Shown: positions 57,127 to 64,000 of the stretch, piece by piece
How positions within the stretch are numbered: position 1 is the stretch's first letter
How the letters are laid out: every line of letters starts with the position of its first letter
Origin: Candidatus Bathyarchaeota archaeon
GTDB lineage: Archaea; Thermoproteota; Bathyarchaeia; 40CM-2-53-6
Assembly: GCA_005888745.1 (NCBI GenBank)
Contig: VBBS01000027.1
Coordinates: 55,045 to 119,044, forward strand
Length of the DNA stretch: 64,000 nt
Reading direction: 5' to 3'
Program-made: the position numbers and the translations under genes
Notes under the pieces: generated by a model
Databases searched by the model: none
Told to the model about the DNA's origin: nothing
Seen by the model: only the letters and a program-made list of their open reading frames with translations

Positions 57127-58431
57127 GTGAGTGCGAAGATCGCGCTGGAGTCGGCCGGCTGGGTCGACATTGATCCCAGCAAGAGAGGGCGTCTCCTAAC
57201 TAAGCTCACAACTCTGGTCAGGGAGAATTCAGAGCAGCTGGCAAAGCTTGAAACCATGAGTGAGGGGAAGACTCTCCGAGAGTCTAAGGGTGATGTTGCC
57301 TGGGCGGCCAGGGCGTTCGAGTACTGGGCAGGACTGGCGGACAAGGTTGAAGGAGAAACCATACCTGTTCCGCCGAGACGTCTGAACTACACTCTTCGTG
57401 AGCCGCTAGGCGTAACGGTCCATATTGTTCCTTGGAATTATCCGATCGCGCTTGCTGCTAGAAGTTTGGCACCGGCAATTGCAGCAGGGAATACTGTTGT
57501 CGTGAAACCGTCTGAGATTACTCCTCTTACAGCGATTATGCTGGGAGATCTAGCGCTTAAGGCCGGCATCCCCAAAGGTGTTATCAACGTTGTAACTGGA
57601 TCAGGTGCTGAAGTAGGCGAAGCACTTGTGTCGGACCCGCGAGTGGACGGGATAGTTTTCACAGGGTCCGCTGAGACAGGAACGCAGGTGATGGAGTCAG
57701 CCGCGAAAAATGTTACAAGGGTACTTCTGGAGTTAGGCGGTAAGAACCCGCATATTGTCTTCCCTGACGCCGACTTGGCGAAGGCCGCTAAGAGCGTGAA
57801 GGAAGGCATTTTCACCAATGCTGGACAAATGTGCTGGGCCGGATCTAGGGCATTCATTCACGAGAGCATATACGATGATTTCGTAAAGGACCTCGTCGCC
57901 AAGACCCGAGCGATAAAGGTCGGGCCTGGAAGAGATGATACCAGCGAGATGGGACCCTTAGCCTCAAAGGCTCGGCAAGACGTGGTTCTCGGGTTTGTCA
58001 AGGACGGCCTCGAAGAAGGGGCAAGTCTTCTCTGCGGGGGGAAGAAACCATCTGACCCAGGACTGCAGAAGGGAAATTTCGTCGAGCCCACCATTTTCGA
58101 GAACGTCAACGGGAAGATGAAAATCGGGTGCGACGAGATTTTCGGACCTGTTCTGGGCCTTACCCAGTTCAAGACTCTCGACGAGGTTGTTGCTATGGCC
58201 AATGAGACAGATTATGGACTATACGGGGGAGTCTGGACGAGCAATTTGAAAGTCGCTCATGAACTCGCTGTTCGTCTCCAGGTCGGTGGACTAGCCGTGA
58301 ACGAGTATTTGGTGACCTTTCCGCAGACCCCGTTCGGCGGCTACAAGGACAGCGGAATAGGACATGAAAACGGCATACGCTCGTTAGAATTCTACACACG
58401 AACCAAGAATGTCTCGATAAACCTTTCCTAG
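57127..58431 (+). CDS. NAD(P)+-dependent aldehyde dehydrogenase (N-terminal ~35 residues encoded in another frame: frameshifted or pseudogene)
   Basis: ALDH catalytic region with Cys in GQMCWAGSR, Glu in LELGGKNP and Gly-rich NAD motif; an ATG at ~57026 opens MLIGGEWKDSANGAVSSVLDPSNN..., which is the ALDH N-terminus, in the +1-shifted frame ending in TGA at ~57128. Confidence 0.7.
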   Translation: MSAKIALESAGWVDIDPSKRGRLLTKLTTLVRENSEQLAKLETMSEGKTLRESKGDVAWAARAFEYWAGLADKVEGETIPVPPRRLNYTLREPLGVTVHIVPWNYPIALAARSLAPAIAAGNTVVVKPSEITPLTAIMLGDLALKAGIPKGVINVVTGSGAEVGEALVSDPRVDGIVFTGSAETGTQVMESAAKNVTRVLLELGGKNPHIVFPDADLAKAAKSVKEGIFTNAGQMCWAGSRAFIHESIYDDFVKDLVAKTRAIKVGPGRDDTSEMGPLASKARQDVVLGFVKDGLEEGASLLCGGKKPSDPGLQKGNFVEPTIFENVNGKMKIGCDEIFGPVLGLTQFKTLDEVVAMANETDYGLYGGVWTSNLKVAHELAVRLQVGGLAVNEYLVTFPQTPFGGYKDSGIGHENGIRSLEFYTRTKNVSINLS

Positions 58432-58767
58432 ACACTATCGCCAGCTCCCTACAATTATCCTCTGAAGAGGCATGCGGAGAGCATTGCCACGAAAAATAGC
58501 CCATTTTCAGACCCCTGATATCGAGTCTGGGGCCCTTCTCTACACTGACTAGGAAAATCGTTCTTGACACCGCATTTAGAACCGCAGGAACCATCATGTC
58601 GTTTAGGCCAAATGCCAAGCTCTGAATCGCGAGACTCGCCCGGAATCAGTGCCAGACACGGAGCGACCTCTCAGGAGCGTGTCTTACACAGAGCATCTCG
58701 TGACGCCAGAGTGTTTGAGAGCGCGAAATCCACTGCCGAGCTTGGGAACAGTGGAGGTTCTTTCGAA

Positions 58768-59694
58768 CTAGGTAAGCTCGTCCAGCAACGGCGTAATATC
58801 ACGGTTGTAAATATCCTGCTCGACAAAGGGCTTTTCTTTCAGGGCGGGCATTCGAAGAGCCAGCTGGTCCTCGAAGGTAGGAACCTCCATCTTGAAGAAA
58901 ACCCCGATCGGTATCTTGTCGCCCCACTCGAAAGACTTCACCAGGGCATTTCCCTTCTTTGTGTTAACCTCGTCCGTCGTGGGATCGGCAACCGTACCAT
59001 TGTACCCTGAATCCTCCAGCTTGTAGAGCCTCGGTGCCTTGACCGGAAGATCTTCGCCACCATACCATTCTTTCGTGTTGATGTCGTTATAGGTCGGGCA
59101 TGTTTGCAGAACATCTACGAACGCGCTTCCCCGATGTTCTATTGCCGCTCGAAGGGTTTGCTTCAAGTGGCGAACGTCAAGAGCATAACTCCGCGCAACG
59201 AACGTATAGCCCGAAGCGACTGCCATAGCGATCGGATTCACACGCTCAATGATCGCGGGGGCAGGCATCGATTTCGTTTTCACACCCTTCGGCAGGGTCG
59301 GAGATGCCTGACCTTTTGTCAAGCCGTAGACTCCATTATCGTAGAGCACGTATGTGAAATCCAGGTTCCTTCGACCAGTATTGACGAAGTGGCCTGCTCC
59401 TATTCCCAGTCCGTCTCCGTCGCCACCAACAGCGACAACGGTCAGTCCTGGGTTAGAAAGACGGGCACCAGTAGCGATTGGAAGGACACGGCCATGGAGA
59501 GTATGGAACCCGTACGCGTTAACAAAATGAGGTGTCTTGCCTGAGCATCCGATTCCCGAGAAGATCGCGACCCTGTGGGGTTCAAGCTGCATTTCTAGAA
59601 GGGTCATCTGAATCGCGTTGACGATTCCGAAGTCTCCGCAACCAGGGCACCAGTCGTTGTGAACCTGTGTCCGGTAGGTCTTTAGCTCAAGCAT
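58768..59694 (-). CDS. korB: 2-oxoacid:ferredoxin oxidoreductase beta subunit (TPP-binding)
   Basis: WCPGCGDFGI and TPP-binding GDG...N motifs. Confidence 0.85.
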   Translation of the reverse strand: MLELKTYRTQVHNDWCPGCGDFGIVNAIQMTLLEMQLEPHRVAIFSGIGCSGKTPHFVNAYGFHTLHGRVLPIATGARLSNPGLTVVAVGGDGDGLGIGAGHFVNTGRRNLDFTYVLYDNGVYGLTKGQASPTLPKGVKTKSMPAPAIIERVNPIAMAVASGYTFVARSYALDVRHLKQTLRAAIEHRGSAFVDVLQTCPTYNDINTKEWYGGEDLPVKAPRLYKLEDSGYNGTVADPTTDEVNTKKGNALVKSFEWGDKIPIGVFFKMEVPTFEDQLALRMPALKEKPFVEQDIYNRDITPLLDELT

Positions 59695-60121
59695 GAGATA
59701 CGGTTACCTCTTTGATTCCGTTCTTTATTATGTCTTTGACACCCTCGTAGATTTCGTTCTGGGAAAACGGTCTTCCGTCGAACTTTACAATAGTATTGTC
59801 CATTGCAATACCGGTTTTCTCACGGATCAACCCTGCCATCTGTGCGGAGTAATTGTTTTCGATCGCGATCTTCCGCCGGGCCGAACCAAGTGCCTGCTGA
59901 ACGAAGCTTGTTGGGAACGGGCTAACGTATCGCACCTGTAGAAAGTTTGTTTCTATCCCGTCGCTCTTGAGGTCTTCCATGCCGTCGAGTATCGCTCCCT
60001 TCGATGACCCCCAGCCAACGAGTGTAATCAGAGCCGATGTTGGTCCGTGCAAGGTTGCCTTCTTTGAGTCCGGTATTACTTGTCCAGCAAGCTCGATCTT
60101 TCTCATTCTCTTCCTCATCAT
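59687..60121 (-). CDS. korA: 2-oxoacid:ferredoxin oxidoreductase alpha subunit, C-terminal domain III fragment (split from the upstream ORF by a frameshift)
   Basis: ALITLVGWGSSKG... domain III; in frame upstream reads TGDEHDEYGHITEAPDIRIK, which belongs to alpha. Confidence 0.75.
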   Translation of the reverse strand: MMRKRMRKIELAGQVIPDSKKATLHGPTSALITLVGWGSSKGAILDGMEDLKSDGIETNFLQVRYVSPFPTSFVQQALGSARRKIAIENNYSAQMAGLIREKTGIAMDNTIVKFDGRPFSQNEIYEGVKDIIKNGIKEVTVSHA

Positions 60122-61536
60122 CTTGATCCGGATATCCGGCGCCTCCGTGATATGACCATACTCGTCATGCTCATCTCCAGTTGTCCAGAAGATCCCCCCT
60201 TTCTGACCAGGAATTGCTCGGGGGGAAATTCCCAGTTCTGTCCAACGGTAGCGTCGATGCTTATGGCGAGATCTGATTCTCGAACCAAGTCTCCCCGATC
60301 GACCTTCAGGTTGTCGCCGTTGAAAGGAGGAATATCTTGGTAGGTGCTCGCCAGGAACTTGTCGGTCAGAAGTATGACGGGCACTTGGTAGCGTTCCGCG
60401 TAGTTGAACGCGTCGAACGTGTCGTAGTAAGTTTCGACCACATCTCCGGGTGCAATAATTATCCGAGGAAATTCTCCATGGGCAGCGTGAAGAGCAAATC
60501 TTAGGTCTGCTTGCTCCGTCCGAGTCGGCAGCCCAGTTGCAGGACCTGCCCGCTGATATAGCACGACAACTGGTCCAGGGGCTTCAGTTATCCCGGCCCA
60601 CCCCAAGCCTTCGGCCATAAGAGAAAAGCCCGGTCCAGATGTAGAGGTAGAAGATCTGAGACCAGCGTGAGCCGCACCGGTGGCCATGTTGATCGCGGAA
60701 ATCTCGTCCTCTGCTTGTACGACTATCATATTGTAGTCCTTCTGGTGGGACTCCAAGTACTCGCTCTCGTCCGTTGCTGGTGTAATGGGATAGTAGGTTT
60801 GGAATCCACATCCGGCCTTGAGTTTCGCGATAGCCACGGCTTGTACACCTCTGATCATCATTCGCTTTCCAGACAGCGGTTGCTTTCGCAGCTTTATCGG
60901 AAACGCATCTTCGCCGAAACCCGCCTTTGCATAATCGTATCCGCGTTTCGCGGCGCTGACGTTTAGGTCGCCGAGAGCTGCCTTGCGTCCGGTGAACCCT
61001 TCTCTAATGGCCTCGGTTGCGAGGTCAAAGTCGTAATCGGCGAGGCCAAGGGAAGCCCCTAGAGCAATCGTGTTGACCATAACCTGGTACTTGCTCAGTT
61101 CCTTGTCCTTTCCAAACTCCTTCAGCGCCTCGACAAGGAGATCCATGTAGGGGATCGGAAAGAGTTTGATATCATCACGCCCGAAAGAGTCAGGTGACAG
61201 GTTCAAGCTGCGATCGTAGATTATTCCACCTCCAGGGCTGACCTCGTGTCTATGCCCTCGATGGGTAGGACGAAGCTTGTTCATGTCGCCGAAGATTGTT
61301 TCCCGGTCGAGGGCTACGAGTAAGTCTACCCAGTCCACGTGGGATCTGGGCGCCTTTGACTCTACTCTGAGCCTGTAGTAGCTATGTTCGCCCTTGATGT
61401 TGGAGTGATACTCGATGTTGGCAAATATGTGAAGTCCTCCACGAATGCATGCTTTTGCAAAGTTCTCTGCAACCGAGTTGATCCCGCTGCCTTGAGGACC
61501 GCCTATCATCCAGGTGAAACTGTTGGTTACTGTCAA
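60118..61536 (-). CDS. korA: 2-oxoacid:ferredoxin oxidoreductase alpha subunit (fused gamma+alpha type), N-terminal 472 aa
   Basis: Gamma-like N-domain MIGGPQGSGINS..., alpha core; last ~12 codons (ISRRRRISGSR) look out of frame after a C6 tract at 60193-60198. Confidence 0.8.
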   Translation of the reverse strand: MTVTNSFTWMIGGPQGSGINSVAENFAKACIRGGLHIFANIEYHSNIKGEHSYYRLRVESKAPRSHVDWVDLLVALDRETIFGDMNKLRPTHRGHRHEVSPGGGIIYDRSLNLSPDSFGRDDIKLFPIPYMDLLVEALKEFGKDKELSKYQVMVNTIALGASLGLADYDFDLATEAIREGFTGRKAALGDLNVSAAKRGYDYAKAGFGEDAFPIKLRKQPLSGKRMMIRGVQAVAIAKLKAGCGFQTYYPITPATDESEYLESHQKDYNMIVVQAEDEISAINMATGAAHAGLRSSTSTSGPGFSLMAEGLGWAGITEAPGPVVVLYQRAGPATGLPTRTEQADLRFALHAAHGEFPRIIIAPGDVVETYYDTFDAFNYAERYQVPVILLTDKFLASTYQDIPPFNGDNLKVDRGDLVRESDLAISIDATVGQNWEFPPEQFLVRKGGSSGQLEMSMTSMVISRRRRISGSR

Positions 61537-61630
61537 ATTCCCGCACCATTAGGGGATCTGCTAGCATAGAAAATTCTTTGCCCCGTCGAGGTCTTGGGTC
61601 CTAAGGCGGGGAACTTGCCTTGGTCTGAAG

Positions 61631-62407
61631 TTGGGTGTCAAGCAGGGCGCCTCAAAACAAGCGCTATATACGTATAGTCCAGCGAGAATTCGTTTCGCCA
61701 TGAATCAGATGGGACGAGTGGCACTGGCTGAGGCTTATGGGACCTTTCTTCTCACTATGATCGGCCCGGGGACAATCATGGCGGTCACGTTGCTCGATTT
61801 CGGGGGTACGGGTGCCGGACTCGGCTTTATCGGTCTCGCCCATGGGGTAGCCCTCCTGTTGGCGGTGTACACCATAGGCCGCGTGACGGGCGCCCACATC
61901 AATCCCGCGGTCACAATTGCTCATTGGGCTACGCGGAGGGTAGAGACAAAAAAAGTAGCACCGTACATTCTTGGACAGCTTGCAGGCGCATCCGTCGCGG
62001 GCTTCATCCAGCTCGCATTGTGGACGTCAAGCAACAGCCCAATACTTGTGCAGGCCGCTCGCTCGACCTTCTTTGGAGATACCATTCCAAACCTTGAATT
62101 CGGCATCGGTGCCGTACTTCTAGCTGAGGTGACTGGTACTGCCATCCTCGTCTTCACCGTGTTCGGGGCTACGGACAAGGCTGCTGACCCAAGCCGGGCA
62201 GGAGTCACGATAGGATTCGCTCTGGCAGCCATGGTCTGGATGTTCGGCCCGATTTCTGGGGCATCTCTTAACCCAGCTAGAACATGGGGGCCGACACTGG
62301 CTTCATCAATTTTCAGCCTGACCCCTCTGGGAAACTTATGGATCTATGTCGTTGGACCGGTCTTAGGAGGTTTGCTTGGAGCTTTCCTGTACGACGCGTT
62401 TAGGTAG
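61631..62407 (+). CDS. aqpM: aquaporin / MIP-family channel
   Basis: Two NPA boxes (HINPAVT, SLNPART), six TM helices. Confidence 0.85.
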   Translation: MGVKQGASKQALYTYSPARIRFAMNQMGRVALAEAYGTFLLTMIGPGTIMAVTLLDFGGTGAGLGFIGLAHGVALLLAVYTIGRVTGAHINPAVTIAHWATRRVETKKVAPYILGQLAGASVAGFIQLALWTSSNSPILVQAARSTFFGDTIPNLEFGIGAVLLAEVTGTAILVFTVFGATDKAADPSRAGVTIGFALAAMVWMFGPISGASLNPARTWGPTLASSIFSLTPLGNLWIYVVGPVLGGLLGAFLYDAFR

Positions 62408-62488
62408 GGCCTAGACGAGGAAATGAGTCAAAGATTCTTCAGGAATATTTCTGATTGAACACAGTCTGATGTTGAGGCGGTGGGTGGC

Positions 62489-62827
62489 TCAAGCCTTCGT
62501 CTGAGCTGGCGTCGCCGGCTGGACCGCCGGAGGAGTGTAGCCGGGGTTGACTCTCTGGTTGATCTCGTTGGCGAGAGCATGTCCGTGGAGAATAACCGTG
62601 ACCTTCTTTACACCTTCGAGCTTGGACGTAAGTGTCTTTATGCTCATTCCAATGTCTTCCGCGAAGATCGGGGGACAGAACGGTGCAGTAAGATGATATT
62701 TGATGAAAATCTCTCCATTCTCTTGGATGTTTATCTCGTCAACTAGGTGCATCTCTGTGATCGGAAGTCCGATCTCAGGATCCACAACCTTCTCAAGCTC
62801 CTTTTCGACTAGGTCTACGGTGATCAT
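62489..62827 (-). CDS. DUF59 (MIP18/SufT-like) Fe-S cluster assembly-related protein
   Basis: VVDPEIGLPITEMHLV... and conserved Cys in TAPFCP. Confidence 0.7.
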   Translation of the reverse strand: MITVDLVEKELEKVVDPEIGLPITEMHLVDEINIQENGEIFIKYHLTAPFCPPIFAEDIGMSIKTLTSKLEGVKKVTVILHGHALANEINQRVNPGYTPPAVQPATPAQTKA

Positions 62828-63006
62828 GCTCTTCGAGTAGATGAGTGTGACCGTTTTGATTTATAGGTTCCTTGGAGGTGTAAAAACGGATGTTCGTGTG
62901 GGGTAAGCTGATAATGGGCGACTTCGCATCGAAGCGAAGACTCTTCGGATTATGACATAAGTTATGTTTAAATAGATTTTGCGAACTATTAGTCAACGTC
63001 GTCTTA

Positions 63007-63456
63007 TTGATCATTCCTTGTGAAGTTGCAGCGAAATCCGTCATCCCCGCACTACGGGCAATGATAGCTCGAGAGCTGATAGAAGACTATGGAATGAAAC
63101 AGGAGCTCGTCGCAGAACGACTGGGAATTACACAAGCAGCAGTGAGCAAATACAGACACCAGGTTCGCGGAGAAGCAATAGATTTGGGAGCATCATCAGA
63201 GGTCCGTCAGATGAGTAGAGATATAGCCTCCACTCTTGCAAGCAACCCGAGCCCGCTGGAAGTGTCAAGAAAGCTGTGTCAAGCCTGCACAGATATCCGG
63301 GCTTTAGGCCTCATGTGCGAGACCTGCAGGAAGGTCGACCCTGGGTGGGATGTCGAGCATTGCACGATTTGCTTTGGACATCACAGCTGCGCAGAGATTG
63401 TGAGTATCGAAACCAGCAGCATTGCAAAGTACAGAAAGATACCGATTCGACAATAA
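63007..63456 (+). CDS. HTH transcriptional regulator with C-terminal Cys-rich metal-binding domain
   Basis: HTH LVAERLGITQAAVSKYRH; C-terminal CQAC...CETC...HCTICFGHHSC. Confidence 0.5.
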   Translation: MIIPCEVAAKSVIPALRAMIARELIEDYGMKQELVAERLGITQAAVSKYRHQVRGEAIDLGASSEVRQMSRDIASTLASNPSPLEVSRKLCQACTDIRALGLMCETCRKVDPGWDVEHCTICFGHHSCAEIVSIETSSIAKYRKIPIRQ

Positions 63457-63654
63457 CTCAGTTCCTACAAGTTTGACCCTAAGTCGCGGCCTAGTAATTC
63501 TCCTGGTTTTTCCAACCGAGTCGACGCATTACCGACCTGAGTTATGACTAGAGCTCTTGAATTCTCAACGATCGGTTCCAAGTTCTAGTACTTGATGATT
63601 CTTCCACTGGAGGACTTCCGATAAGGACCTCTCTTTCGACGCCGAGCCTTATCC

Positions 63655-63981
63655 TTGGACTCTCTTCTTCGAATTATCTTGTCTTCAACATTCAGAGACG
63701 TTTCCCTCCTACAGTCCTATCCTCGCAGGCTGCGCAAGTCAATTCTTAAATGCCTAATAAGAAAAGCTTACGTGCATCCCAGGGGACACGCGCAACACTT
63801 TGAGACTAGGCGTGGGCAAGTCAAAGCAAAAGGATCCGCCTCCGGGAGCAAACGTTCAGCCTTCAGCAACCAGCCGGCTGAGAGAGCTGTGCGGTGGGGA
63901 CGAGGAACTCTACATCGCCATGTCGCACCTGATGTTCCTGGATCCGAAGAAAATCACAATGCCTTTCGAAGGGGTGCTTAA
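63655..63981 (+). CDS. hypothetical protein (runs off window end)
   Basis: ORF only; basic composition. Confidence 0.2.
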   Translation: MDSLLRIILSSTFRDVSLLQSYPRRLRKSILKCLIRKAYVHPRGHAQHFETRRGQVKAKGSASGSKRSAFSNQPAERAVRWGRGTLHRHVAPDVPGSEENHNAFRRGA

Positions 63982-64000
63982 AGAGGCTCAAGACTACGAG

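Noticed and set aside
1-64000. CRISPR arrays, rRNA genes, integrase/transposase genes
   Set aside because: No regularly spaced direct repeats, no rRNA-like conserved blocks, and no integrase or transposase catalytic motifs were seen on either strand
1-64000. Global reassignment of TAG (e.g. pyrrolysine)
   Set aside because: TAG terminates about half of the confidently identified genes at their expected C-termini (pheS, pheT, trpS, tdh, nadE, korB and others)

Overview
This window reads as a chromosomal segment from an archaeon, roughly 55% GC, most plausibly a TACK/Thermoproteota- or Bathyarchaeia-like lineage. All calls rest on motifs visible in the six-frame translations; no database search was possible, and any coordinates I derived myself (rather than took from the ORF track) may be off by 1-2 nt.

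The archaeal assignment rests on the gene set, most of which is core housekeeping:
- Replication and chromosome segregation: family-B DNA polymerase, DnaG-type primase, SMC with ScpA and ScpB.
- Translation and secretion: PheS/PheT, TrpS, ribosomal proteins S8e and S11, SRP19, and a type-2 methionine aminopeptidase.
- Amino-acid and one-carbon metabolism: a split MetE, MetF (MTHFR), threonine dehydrogenase with 2-amino-3-ketobutyrate CoA ligase, serine hydroxymethyltransferase, and a SerB-like HAD phosphatase.
- Central and cofactor metabolism: archaeal GAPDH, RpiB, NadE, UppS, MTA phosphorylase, and 2-oxoacid:ferredoxin oxidoreductase alpha/beta.
- A beta-oxidation-like cluster: thioesterase, 3-hydroxyacyl-CoA dehydrogenase, two crotonases, thiolase and its DUF35 partner, with a diiron PaaA-like protein and an EthD-like protein embedded.

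Several things stand out beyond the routine annotation:
- A family of HTH-LAGLIDADG homing-endonuclease-like genes: two intact copies and one C-terminal remnant, with one intact copy abutting an intron-rich tRNA-like locus.
- At least three, possibly four, genes whose conserved N-termini sit upstream of any ATG/GTG/TTG codon.
- Two genes broken by frameshifts, one of them at a C6 homopolymer.
- A pair of palindromic operator-like sites in the divergent promoter between an HTH-CBS regulator and the metE/metF genes.
- A family-B polymerase whose exonuclease motif I has lost both catalytic residues.
- Membrane-anchored and PAN-like ATPases next to KaiC-like ATPases.
- A BlaI/BlaR1-like regulator/protease pair.

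No CRISPR array, rRNA gene or integrase was seen.
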